DNA of 59,108 nucleotides from a virus (Duplodnaviria; Caudoviricetes): IMG/VR virus record IMGVR_UViG_3300039071_000013, positions 1-59,108 of that record, one strand, 5' to 3'. This document shows positions 17,901 to 26,321 of this stretch, in pieces; within the stretch, counting starts at the first letter, position 1; each line of letters opens with the position of its first letter. The translations under genes and the position numbers were made by a program. The notes beneath the pieces are model-generated. The model did no database searches and was not told where the DNA came from. It saw nothing but the letters and a program-made list of their open reading frames with translations.

Positions 17901-18976
17901 TGGCTTTTGACCGCACTAAATTTACTCTGGGTGATGACACTTCCTCCGGTATTGAAGCAAGACGCTACATTAATCCAACGACCAAAGAAGAACGCACTGT
18001 GAACTTCTTGAATGGTATTCCGCTTGGGATTATCCCCGAGGGTTTTGTCCCTTGGACCAAAGAGCTTGCAGATCAACCTAAACCCGGAACAGAGACTGGT
18101 ACTACTACTGGTACCCCTGAGGTTAAGACTGAACGTGATGACAGAGGAAGGGACAGAGATCAAACCCCTACTACTGGTGAAGGTTCTACGGGTTGGGCAG
18201 AGAAGAACTACGACGCATTCACTGCAGACCCTTATGGCTTTGGGATGAAGGCTCTTGAAGGTGCAAATAAAAACAACATGGGTGTCCTTGGTAAAGTAGG
18301 TGCACTTGGTGTTTTTGGGGATGCCGGAAAGGTTAAGGCTATCTCAGAAGCTAACTTAGCTCTTTCTAGAGTAACGGACGAAGCTCAGAGGGAGATTTTG
18401 CAGGAAGGTATTGCAAATCTCACTGAAAGTATCTCTAGTCCCCTTGTCTATGGAGGTGTTAAGAGCGGTCTTTTAGGTAGCGGAAAAAATTTGATTAAAC
18501 AAGTTGAAGAATACACATCCACCAAAACACCAACTACCTCTGCTGCTGCACCTACAGTAGGAACTCCAACAACGAGTACCCAAAAAGACAACAAACCCTC
18601 TACCACAGATTCAGGTAATAGGCTTGGTTTCAGTCCAAGTACCCCGTCTAAGGATGTTGGTGTAACCCGTACTGGTGGTGATAGGAAAAGCATTGGCTTT
18701 GGTACTTCTGTTGGAAAAGTTGATACCAAGTCTACCAGTGATAAAGGTTTGAGCATGGGAACTTCTGGTGGAACTCCCGGCAGAACCAACACTGGCAACA
18801 ATCCCGGAAATCCGAATGCCCCCGGCTACAGCGGGAGGAGTGGTACTGGTAATGTAGGTACTGGGACTTCTGGCAGCTACGGTCAAGGTGGGTCAAATGC
18901 AACTCGTCGTGCAGAGGGTGGCCTCATCTCCAAACCTAAAAAGACTACTCGCGGTAAAAAAGGTCTTGCCTCCTAA
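14909..18976 (+). CDS. Large multidomain probable virion protein
   Basis: 1355 aa; DDIPAQLSEGEYVVPADV domain, six x-x-GG motifs, HAR...EFQSD region. Confidence 0.8.
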   Translation: MRLKDQTEEAFAEDFGTFPDTGEAPKGKGYIELLVDNIVGLDNEYESFGEAFGKSFNEDELGTLKNMALSAYEGAKEFVTSPIETTKDVATEISDSVSRLGAESLDGRIKRMYGVGYQDATEEQVTKAREAVIGDAITASSLVPAAKGATTVAKAAIPGKVQADVVGQMRSILDGDTEFRTESKNPPVGLSADVVGSQEIKTPQRFQAGEYTKAPPSYKVPEAEITKFETLVASPASSVVTHRVAKDLEAISNLGEIPVGKFIDLQEDLAFVADSQRDKVVDSFLKNNNVTFGDVKDAGYTGEKEALKYYAMGVQFSEANKEYQRFLNQNNLLHQSDIRTPLQKPFEISYRDPVMEIAEGLSFPKNGMKGSDFIKVLDKSPAAKSALYNSADLGIDKSKFYTKEDLLSTIEPKTWKGSFAVQDYPRYRRTQIQEFDDMEADGDYKEILFNVERKDKSLPTFDIPEELRKEYGSYHFPENTLAHARISTNENFGTGQKELLVHEFQSDYLQKGAKKAGPGADIAAVRASAKEVATRDIDKELLTPDVQAVVDRALNDPESNRLGWIDGGLERELREDLKKAGLSFDDRNALLLNIQDGLVEIASADTRGATKLPVGNVSDAVENLLDGVLGYAQDTGVDKVFIPSLEQIVGHEGRFKPGSFEFFEQTQPGSFFYQTYVTGLDKATRDLSDTTNATVTREVKTTGGSAGQPRMYVGLPDDIAAAFTKDMKVAKLYNDMLNDRITEEQLLKASGLEKEGLKSFRDNYREEFDKASKARDRDWLKTFKKTAYNDAVKTYGELKTLDTPGTMIDISEAKTRFDFTKPKMAKGGLVKTFAEGGMIEDDQMNRLMQEGGMADDGMSREPVTGNEIPPGSLVSEVRDDIPAQLSEGEYVVPADVLRYYGVRFFEDLRAQAKQGMMEMESDGRIGGTPVDAQGVPAGGMDEELTPEEEQMLMEALGGSRTAPTGMAYGGMTEQPISTPYQDQATMYQMPTGMQEGGMAFDRTKFTLGDDTSSGIEARRYINPTTKEERTVNFLNGIPLGIIPEGFVPWTKELADQPKPGTETGTTTGTPEVKTERDDRGRDRDQTPTTGEGSTGWAEKNYDAFTADPYGFGMKALEGANKNNMGVLGKVGALGVFGDAGKVKAISEANLALSRVTDEAQREILQEGIANLTESISSPLVYGGVKSGLLGSGKNLIKQVEEYTSTKTPTTSAAAPTVGTPTTSTQKDNKPSTTDSGNRLGFSPSTPSKDVGVTRTGGDRKSIGFGTSVGKVDTKSTSDKGLSMGTSGGTPGRTNTGNNPGNPNAPGYSGRSGTGNVGTGTSGSYGQGGSNATRRAEGGLISKPKKTTRGKKGLAS

Positions 18977-18994
18977 TCAAGACTGTGCTATACA
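18966..18994 (+). promoter_or_regulatory. Putative promoter for the scaffold gene
   Basis: TTGCCT-N17-TATACA with TG extension. Confidence 0.45.
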
Positions 18995-19043
18995 AATAAT
19001 AAGGCTACCCAGCCAAGGCTGGCCCCAACATAAAGGATAAAGA

Positions 19044-19901
19044 ATGTCTGTAACTAAAGTCTACGTTGATTCCTCATTCAGCAGCCGTAACCGTAAACGT
19101 ATTGAGAATGAAGAAAAAGAACTTGAAGAGCTTATCAATAGAACAAAGGCCCCAGAAGAAGAGCCTACGGAAGACGTAGAGGTCAAGACCCAAGAGGTTG
19201 AGCCTGAACCTAACGACCCGGAAGAGAAGTCTTTTAAGAAACGCTATGGTGATCTGCGTAGACACCTTTCTGAAAAAGAAAAAGAGTGGGAAGCAAAGTT
19301 CGAGGAGTTGAAGAACTCTGTGACACCCAGTGCACGTATTTTGCCTCCTAAGTCTGATGAAGACATTGCAGCATGGGCAAGTAAGTACCCCGATGTTGCA
19401 TCTATTGTTGAGACGATTGCAACTAAGAAAGCAGAAGAAAAGCTCTCTCAGTACAAAAACAAGTTTGATGAGTACGAGAAGATGTCTGTTGAGGCTGTGC
19501 GGAGTAAGGCCCTTGATGCTATCCGGGTGTCTCACCCTGACTTTGATGCTCTCCGTAAGTCTGACGAGTTCCACAATTGGGCAGAAGAACAACCTAAGTG
19601 GGTTCAAGATGCTCTCTATGAGAACGAAGAAGATGCTCGTGCAGTAATCCGTGTTATTGACCTGTACAAAGTCGATAAGGGTTTGACCCCCTCGGCCCTC
19701 AAGGCAAAGAACAAAGAAGCTGCCTCTCTCGTTCCGACCAAGACCAAAGCCAATGTAGACTTTGATAAGGACGGTGAGAAGATTTACGAATCCCGTGTTG
19801 CTAAGATGAACATGGATGAATACGCCAAGAACGAGAACAAGATCATGGAAGCTATCCGCAAGGGTAATTTTGTGTACGATCTCTCTGGCGGTGCAAGATA
19901 G
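19044..19901 (+). CDS. Capsid scaffolding protein
   Basis: Acidic coiled coil with FKKRYGDLRRH, directly upstream of the capsid gene. Confidence 0.75.
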   Translation: MSVTKVYVDSSFSSRNRKRIENEEKELEELINRTKAPEEEPTEDVEVKTQEVEPEPNDPEEKSFKKRYGDLRRHLSEKEKEWEAKFEELKNSVTPSARILPPKSDEDIAAWASKYPDVASIVETIATKKAEEKLSQYKNKFDEYEKMSVEAVRSKALDAIRVSHPDFDALRKSDEFHNWAEEQPKWVQDALYENEEDARAVIRVIDLYKVDKGLTPSALKAKNKEAASLVPTKTKANVDFDKDGEKIYESRVAKMNMDEYAKNENKIMEAIRKGNFVYDLSGGAR

Positions 19902-19904
19902 TTC

Positions 19905-19932
19905 TTGACAAGTAAGGACTTCTTCATATAAC
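19905..19932 (+). promoter_or_regulatory. Sigma70-like promoter for the capsid operon
   Basis: TTGACA-N16-TATAAC. Confidence 0.6.
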
Positions 19933-20152
19933 TACCTCAAATAGCTGTGGCCTCTCAGTGACACCCATGGCTATTTGTTTTCCCTTAAAGCTTAACCATC
20001 AAGTAAGACTTACCTGACTAAGTACAGGCCCATATTCCTTGAACCATAACTGATCCTTATAGTTCATAGACGATGCACCCTAGAAACCCGTCAGCCTCTT
20101 ATAGACATGTTTTGCTTCTAATCAAAGCCAAATATCATAGGAGGATTTTCTC

Positions 20153-21226
20153 ATGGCTTTCCAAACTGCTCCGGGCTACGGCTCGCTTCCTAATGGAAAT
20201 TTTTCTTCGGTCATCTACTCGAAGAAAGTTCAACTCGCTCTCCGTAAAGCAACTGTGGTTGGTGACATCACTAACTCGGATTACTTCGGTGAAATCTCGG
20301 CTCAGGGTGATACCGTCCGTATCATCAAAGAACCGGAAATCTCGGTCTCGTCCTACGCACGTGGCACCCAGATTCAAGCTCAAGACCTTGACGACGAAGA
20401 CTTCTCGCTGGTTATTGACAAGGCCAACTACTTCGCCTTCAAAGTTGATGACATCGAAGAAGCTCACTCGCACGTCAACTTCATGGACCTTGCTACCAAC
20501 CGTGCGGCTTACCGCTTGGCTGACCAGCATGACCAAGAAGTTCTGGGCTATCTGTCGGGCTACAAGCAGACCGCTCTCCATGCTAATGCTGGTGCAGTGA
20601 ATGACGTTGTGAATGGCACCAAAGCTATCACCACGGCTGGTTCGGACGAACTGCTGACTTCGATGAAGCTCATCAAGTCCTCGTTCGGCAACATCACCAC
20701 GGCTTCGGCTGGCGACCACTCGATTCCGGTTGCTGCTCGTCTTCCGGGTGCTACTGCTCTCCCGACCGAATACGTCTCGCCCGTCATGCTGATTAACCGC
20801 ATGGGCCGTCTGCTCGACCAGCAGAATGTGGACAAGACTGGCCGTTGGTTGGTGATTGACCCCGTGATGATGGAAGTCCTGATGGATGAAGACTCGCGCT
20901 TCCTGAACGCCGACTTCGGTGACTCGGGTGCTCTGCGTAATGGTCTGGTCCTGACGAACTGGAACGGCTTCCGCGTCTACGTGTCGAACAACCTGCCGCA
21001 AGTCGGTACGGGTTCCTCGACCACGGGTGTTGCCAACCAGAACTCGAACTACGGTGTGATCGTTGCTGGTCATGACTCGGCTGTGGCTACCGCTGAGCAG
21101 ATCAACAAGACCGAGACCTACCGTGACCCGGACTCGTTCGCTGACATCGTGCGTGGTATGCACCTGTACGGTCGTAAGATTCTGCGCCCGGAAGCTATCA
21201 CCACTGCGAAGTACAACCTCGCCTAA
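20153..21226 (+). CDS. Major capsid protein
   Basis: GDTVRIIKEP, FAFKVDDIE, DIVRGMHLYGRKILRPEA; GGAGG RBS; strong codon bias. Confidence 0.9.
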   Translation: MAFQTAPGYGSLPNGNFSSVIYSKKVQLALRKATVVGDITNSDYFGEISAQGDTVRIIKEPEISVSSYARGTQIQAQDLDDEDFSLVIDKANYFAFKVDDIEEAHSHVNFMDLATNRAAYRLADQHDQEVLGYLSGYKQTALHANAGAVNDVVNGTKAITTAGSDELLTSMKLIKSSFGNITTASAGDHSIPVAARLPGATALPTEYVSPVMLINRMGRLLDQQNVDKTGRWLVIDPVMMEVLMDEDSRFLNADFGDSGALRNGLVLTNWNGFRVYVSNNLPQVGTGSSTTGVANQNSNYGVIVAGHDSAVATAEQINKTETYRDPDSFADIVRGMHLYGRKILRPEAITTAKYNLA

Positions 21227-21287
21227 TATAGACCCTAGGGTATCCCTCTGTGGGGTACCCTTAACCGCCATAGGAAAGGACACTTAA

Positions 21288-21773
21288 ATGGCTACTGTTA
21301 CCACTCTCGCGGGCGGGTCTGTTGATGGCTTCACCGCTGGGCGTATGCCCTACTTCAAAGAAGTCTTGGTTGACTTCGCTGCTGCTGCTACTGCTAAAGG
21401 CTCGGCTCTGGCTGCTGCTGACGTGATCGAAGCTATCTCGGTTCCGGCCAATAGCATGATCCTGAACGCTGGTCTGGAAGTTATCACCGTTGCTGGTGGT
21501 GAGTCCTCGGACAACACTCTGGACCTCGGCACTGGCGTTGACGCTGACAACTTCGTTGATGGTTTCGACCTTGACGCTGCTGCTGCTGGCGCTTATGCTC
21601 AGAATGCTGCTGCTTTCCAGCCCATCGTGGTTGGCACTGCTGACACCATTGACCTGACGATTGCTACCGCTACGACTGCCCCGACCTCGGGTGTTGTTCG
21701 TGTGTGGGCTGTTCTGATTGACATTGATGCACGTAAGACCGCTGCAGAAGTTGACCGCGACACTCTCGCATAA
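21288..21773 (+). CDS. Probable capsid decoration/minor structural protein
   Basis: Ala/Thr-rich, directly after the capsid gene, same codon bias. Confidence 0.65.
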   Translation: MATVTTLAGGSVDGFTAGRMPYFKEVLVDFAAAATAKGSALAAADVIEAISVPANSMILNAGLEVITVAGGESSDNTLDLGTGVDADNFVDGFDLDAAAAGAYAQNAAAFQPIVVGTADTIDLTIATATTAPTSGVVRVWAVLIDIDARKTAAEVDRDTLA

Positions 21774-21784
21774 TTAAGAGCTTG

Positions 21785-21810
21785 AGGGGACTGCTTAGGT
21801 GGTCCCCTTC
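21785..21810 (+). terminator. Hairpin, possible terminator or processing site
   Basis: GAGGGGACTGC-TTAG-GTGGTCCCCTT; weak U-tract. Confidence 0.4.
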
Positions 21811-21827
21811 ACCCCAAGGAGAAACTA

Positions 21828-22265
21828 ATGGCCATTACGACAGCAATGTGTGCAAGCTTTAAGCAAGAACTTCTTGGCGGCACCCACGACCTTGATACCG
21901 ATATCCTTAAGATGGCCTTGATTAAGGCATCTCCCACTGGTACATATGGTGCCTCTACAACGAATTACTCTGACGTGACTGGCAACTCTGACGAGGCTAG
22001 TGGCACGAACTACACGACTGGTGGACAGACCTTGGATGGGGCCACAATCTCCCTAGATGGAACCACTGCCATCGTAGACTTCACCGACGAGGTTTTTTCT
22101 AACGTCACTGTGTCCGCAGATGGTTGCATCATCTATAATAGCTCTAAGTCTGACCGTGCAATCTGTGTAATCGACTTTGGTGGTACCGTGAGTGCTACCG
22201 CTGGTGACCTGACAATCCAATTCCCTACTGCTGACGCAACTAACGCCATTATCCGCATCGCCTAA
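21828..22265 (+). CDS. Structural protein (head/tail fibre-associated)
   Basis: SFKQELL...YTTGG...VIDFGG..SATAGDLTIQFP. Confidence 0.7.
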   Translation: MAITTAMCASFKQELLGGTHDLDTDILKMALIKASPTGTYGASTTNYSDVTGNSDEASGTNYTTGGQTLDGATISLDGTTAIVDFTDEVFSNVTVSADGCIIYNSSKSDRAICVIDFGGTVSATAGDLTIQFPTADATNAIIRIA

Positions 22266-22276
22266 AAGGACACAAG

Positions 22277-23116
22277 ATGTCTTTCTACGACTCCTCAGAC
22301 GCTATTTATGGGGTCGGTAGGTACGGCTCAGCCCGATACGGTGTGGTCACTCCCGTTGTACTCCTGACTGGTGTTAGTGCCACAGGTCTTACCAGAGAAC
22401 CACACCTTGATGGCTTTGAGATTGACATCCATGAGATAGTCCATGGGGTTGCTGCAACAGGCAGCGTTGGGTCTCTCACCCTACACGTAGTAGAGAAACT
22501 TGATAGCACACCTGCAACTGCATCCGTAGGCACTGTTGTCCCTGTAGTCACTGTCTTTATAGGCTCAGTAGAAGCCTTCGAAGGTGTCAATGAGGTTCAA
22601 GTAAACGTCTCTGAAGTACTTGAGTCTGTCTCTGCAACCTTTACTATCAACGCCGCAGGGCTAGATATTAGGTCTATTAACAGAGTTGATATCTTTGGTC
22701 CAGATGTTTTTGGTGAGGTTGGTACCCCAGAGGTTCAAGTCAGAGAATACGTCAGCGGTGATAGTGCCACTACCTCTGTCTCTTCGACTAAGCAGAACCT
22801 CAAGAAAGTTCCTACAGGAGTTTCTGCACAGGGCTTGGTTGGAAACCTCACCCACAGCAACCTGACAAGAGTTACTTCTGTTACACTGATTGCGAGTGCT
22901 GGTGTCACCAAGGAAAACATTGTTGATCGTGTTGTTGGTCAGCAGCTAAGCTCCGCAATTGGGTCCCTCACACACAGCAACACAGAGCGTTTGGTCAGTG
23001 TAGGTATGATAGCTTCTGTGGGTACACCCTCAAAGACTGCAGTGAACTTTGACTTCTACGCTGTTAGAGGTTTGTACAGTGCCCAGCGCACAATCCTGAT
23101 CCCGAGGGCCGCATAA
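22277..23116 (+). CDS. Repetitive beta-rich fibre-like protein
   Basis: GVSATG/SVG repeats; N-terminal YGxxRYG. Confidence 0.7.
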   Translation: MSFYDSSDAIYGVGRYGSARYGVVTPVVLLTGVSATGLTREPHLDGFEIDIHEIVHGVAATGSVGSLTLHVVEKLDSTPATASVGTVVPVVTVFIGSVEAFEGVNEVQVNVSEVLESVSATFTINAAGLDIRSINRVDIFGPDVFGEVGTPEVQVREYVSGDSATTSVSSTKQNLKKVPTGVSAQGLVGNLTHSNLTRVTSVTLIASAGVTKENIVDRVVGQQLSSAIGSLTHSNTERLVSVGMIASVGTPSKTAVNFDFYAVRGLYSAQRTILIPRAA

Positions 23117-23289
23117 TGCTCTCATCCGCTGAAAGAACATATCTGGTCCCACAAGAAGACAGGATAGTGGTACTAGAACTAAGAGACCTGAACCGTACTG
23201 TAAGCGTACCACAAGAGAACAGGCTTGTTGTCGTTGTAGAGAAGAAGACAGACTCGTTTGAGAGAACTGTGTACGCAACTGAGGATTAA
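23116..23289 (+). CDS. Small protein (57 aa) with RTxxVP repeats
   Basis: Read manually; TAATG overlap with the previous gene. Confidence 0.65.
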   Translation: MLSSAERTYLVPQEDRIVVLELRDLNRTVSVPQENRLVVVVEKKTDSFERTVYATED

Positions 23290-23291
23290 AG

Positions 23292-23642
23292 ATGAGCTTT
23301 CGCTGGCCAAACAAAGACCCTGATGAGACTCTAGACTACAGCGTTGACTGGACTCGGTTTTTGGGGGATGGTGTCACTGTCTCTACTGTACAATGGTATG
23401 TGAAGACGACAACCTACACGACGAAAACTCTGCTTGGAAGTGGTCAAACTCTGGCTACAGCCTCTAGTGGTGCAAGCACAGACACGATCCAGAACGTCTC
23501 TCAATCCACAACTAACACTGTTGCAACCATTAATATTGGTGGTGGATCAAACAATGAAGAGTATACTTTCTTCTGCAGAATGACAGATAGCTCTGGCTCT
23601 ACCGCAGAAAGATCAATCAAGCTGCGTGTGAGGGATCGGTAA
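23292..23642 (+). CDS. Structural/fibre adaptor protein
   Basis: WPNKDPDETLDYSVDW motif. Confidence 0.7.
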   Translation: MSFRWPNKDPDETLDYSVDWTRFLGDGVTVSTVQWYVKTTTYTTKTLLGSGQTLATASSGASTDTIQNVSQSTTNTVATINIGGGSNNEEYTFFCRMTDSSGSTAERSIKLRVRDR

Positions 23643-24343
23643 TGGCTTACAATTTCCTTGGTCTGGTCAACGATGTAAATAGAAAGCTGAACGAAGTAGA
23701 ACTTACTTCTATCAACTTTGATGCTGCTACAGGCTTCTACAGTGCTGCAAAAGACTCTGTGAACTCTGCCATCCGCTTCATCAATCAGAGTGCCTATGAG
23801 TGGCCCTTCAACCACGTAGAAGCAGAAGACACACTCTCTGCAGGTGATGTGAGATACGCTCTTCCTTCTGATGTTAAGACCGTAGACTTTGACACTTTCC
23901 GTATCAAGAGAAACAACGCTCTTGGGAACGACACCAAGAAACTCAGGATCATCTCCTACGAAGATTACCTTGAGAGATTTGTTGATGCAGAATACTCTGC
24001 GGATACTACAATCAGAGGTGTCCCAGACTACGTGTTCCGTACTCCCAGCCAGCAGTATGGTGTGTATCCGCCACCGAATGCAGCCTATGAACTTGTATAC
24101 GAATACTACCGTTTGCCCGTAGACCTGTTGAAGTACACTGATGTCCCTAGCCTGCCAGAGCAGTTTCGTTCTATAATCATTGATGGAGCGATGCACTACG
24201 CATACTTCTTCCGTGGTAACAGTCAGGACGCCACGATCCACTTCCAGAAGTTTGAGGATGGAATCAAGAATATGCGGTCCATCTACATCAACAGATACGA
24301 ATACGTCCGTGACACCAGAGTGATGCACCCGAGGATTTTCTGA
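23642..24343 (+). CDS. Tail tubular/adaptor protein
   Basis: FLGLVNDVNRKLNE..., YPPP...YY...LPEQF; position in the operon. Confidence 0.7.
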   Translation: MAYNFLGLVNDVNRKLNEVELTSINFDAATGFYSAAKDSVNSAIRFINQSAYEWPFNHVEAEDTLSAGDVRYALPSDVKTVDFDTFRIKRNNALGNDTKKLRIISYEDYLERFVDAEYSADTTIRGVPDYVFRTPSQQYGVYPPPNAAYELVYEYYRLPVDLLKYTDVPSLPEQFRSIIIDGAMHYAYFFRGNSQDATIHFQKFEDGIKNMRSIYINRYEYVRDTRVMHPRIF

Positions 24344-26319
24344 TGCCGACTTCTTGGCAAACATTTCCTGTTGAAGTTAAAGGTGGTCTCATCTCTAACC
24401 TTGCCCCCCTGCAGCAGGGTCTTTTGGCTCCGGGGTCCGCTCGTCGTCTTGTGAACTTTGAACCTTCTATTGAGGGTGGTTACCGCAGGATTCAGGGCTA
24501 CACAAAATTTAGCAGCAGCTTCATTCCCCCCTACGGAGAACCTGTAGTTCAGGGCAGTGGTCAGACTGGTACGACACTCAATATTGCAAACATCTTCTAT
24601 GCACCTGTTGCTGGGGACACTTTCACTGTTGCTGGTGTTACTGGTACCTATACTATCAACGCTGTTATATTCAACTCCACAAACAAGACAGCCGCTCTGA
24701 CACTCTCTACATCCCTTGCGTCTTCTCCTGCAGACAAAGCAGTAATCACCTTTGCAAACAATGTCACGCTCCCTGTAGAGGGTATCATCTACTTCCAACA
24801 GAAGGCCATTGCTTACCGTGGTAGTGATTTGTGGCAGTCCAGTGGTTCTGCGTGGACCAAAATCAATAAGCCCAGCTATGGCACTGTGTTGGTTAATGGT
24901 GGTTCCCAAACTGGTAACAGCCTCATTGTAGACGGATTGACTGGTACACCCCAAGTTGGTGATACGTTCTCTGTCGCTGGTATTGAGAAAGTTTATACGA
25001 TCATCTCCCCGGTCACCGTGACATCTGGTGGTGCCACACTCTCAATCACCCCAAGCTTGGCATCTTCTCCTGCAGACAATGCGGCCATCACTATCCTTAG
25101 CTGTGACAGGTCTTTGGGAGATAGCCTAGTCTTTACCCGTTACAATATTGCAGGTGGGAGCAGGATCATTGGTGTTGATGGGGCAAGAGACCCTTTCCGC
25201 TATGATGGAACTAATTTTGTCGAACTCACAGGGGCACCCGCTGATGTTGTTGGTGCAGAACATGTAGTAGAGTTCAAGAACCATTTCTTCTTTGCTAAAG
25301 ACAACACCCTTACCTTTACCGCTCCCTACAACGAATCTGACTTTACCCCTGCAAATGGTGCAGGAAGTATCGTAATCCCGCACAGGGTCACTGGTCTCAT
25401 CGTATTTCGTGAACAACTCATCATCTTTAGCACTAATACCATCCACAGACTTGTAGGCAACACTATCGCAGACTTCCAATTGCAGCCAATCTCTCAGGAC
25501 ATTGGGTGTGTCCGTAAGAATACGGTTCAGGAAGTAGGTGGTGACATTGCTTTTCTAGGACCAGATGGTATTCGTCTTTTAAGTGCAACGGATCGTATCG
25601 GTGACTTTGGCCTTGCCGTTGCTTCTAGACCCATCCAATCAGAGGTTAAAGCTTTCGTTAGCGGTAACACTCAGTTTAGTTCTTGTGTTATCCGTGGAAA
25701 GAACCAGTACAGGCTCTTTGGTTTCTCTGCAAGCAAAACAAGAGACACCTCTGAAGCTATCCTTGGTACACAGTTTGCTGATCAGACTGCACAGGGTATG
25801 GCTTGGGCTGAACTCCGTGGGATCATGGTGACTGCTGTTGACAGTATCTACTCAAATGCTGACAGTGAGGAAGTTATCATCTTTGCAAACAAGGATGGGT
25901 ATGCCTACACTATGGAGTCAGGGAACAGTTTCGACAGTGAAGATATTCTCGCTGTGTACTACACCCCCTTCTTTTCTATGGAAGATGCCAGACTCCGCAA
26001 GACTTTCTACAAACTCACTACTTTCCTAGACCCAGATGCCACTGTTACAGGCGTAGTGACCCCCAAGCTGGACTTTGATGATGAGGGTCTGATCCAACCT
26101 CCCAGTGTGGACATCATCAGTACTTCTGGTGGAGGCTCTTACTACGGTTCTTCTGAGTATGGTTTTGGCAGATACGGGGCTAACCTCAAGAGCACTTTTA
26201 ACTCCCAGATCATTGGTTCTGGCTACACCGTTAGCTTCCAGTATGTGTTTGATGGAGATGACCCTCCGTTCTCTCTGGACGCTTTGGTAGTAGAATACCT
26301 CACAAACGATAGGCAGTAA
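24343..26319 (+). CDS. Tail nozzle/DNA stabilisation protein with two inserted repeats
   Basis: NFEPSIEGGYRRI, DIGC, FLGPDGIR; podoviral synteny. Confidence 0.7.
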   Translation: MPTSWQTFPVEVKGGLISNLAPLQQGLLAPGSARRLVNFEPSIEGGYRRIQGYTKFSSSFIPPYGEPVVQGSGQTGTTLNIANIFYAPVAGDTFTVAGVTGTYTINAVIFNSTNKTAALTLSTSLASSPADKAVITFANNVTLPVEGIIYFQQKAIAYRGSDLWQSSGSAWTKINKPSYGTVLVNGGSQTGNSLIVDGLTGTPQVGDTFSVAGIEKVYTIISPVTVTSGGATLSITPSLASSPADNAAITILSCDRSLGDSLVFTRYNIAGGSRIIGVDGARDPFRYDGTNFVELTGAPADVVGAEHVVEFKNHFFFAKDNTLTFTAPYNESDFTPANGAGSIVIPHRVTGLIVFREQLIIFSTNTIHRLVGNTIADFQLQPISQDIGCVRKNTVQEVGGDIAFLGPDGIRLLSATDRIGDFGLAVASRPIQSEVKAFVSGNTQFSSCVIRGKNQYRLFGFSASKTRDTSEAILGTQFADQTAQGMAWAELRGIMVTAVDSIYSNADSEEVIIFANKDGYAYTMESGNSFDSEDILAVYYTPFFSMEDARLRKTFYKLTTFLDPDATVTGVVTPKLDFDDEGLIQPPSVDIISTSGGGSYYGSSEYGFGRYGANLKSTFNSQIIGSGYTVSFQYVFDGDDPPFSLDALVVEYLTNDRQ

Positions 26320-26321
26320 TA

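Noticed and set aside
21226-21290. Frameshift or read-through extension of the capsid protein
   Set aside because: Clean TAA, no slippery run, and the next gene has its own RBS
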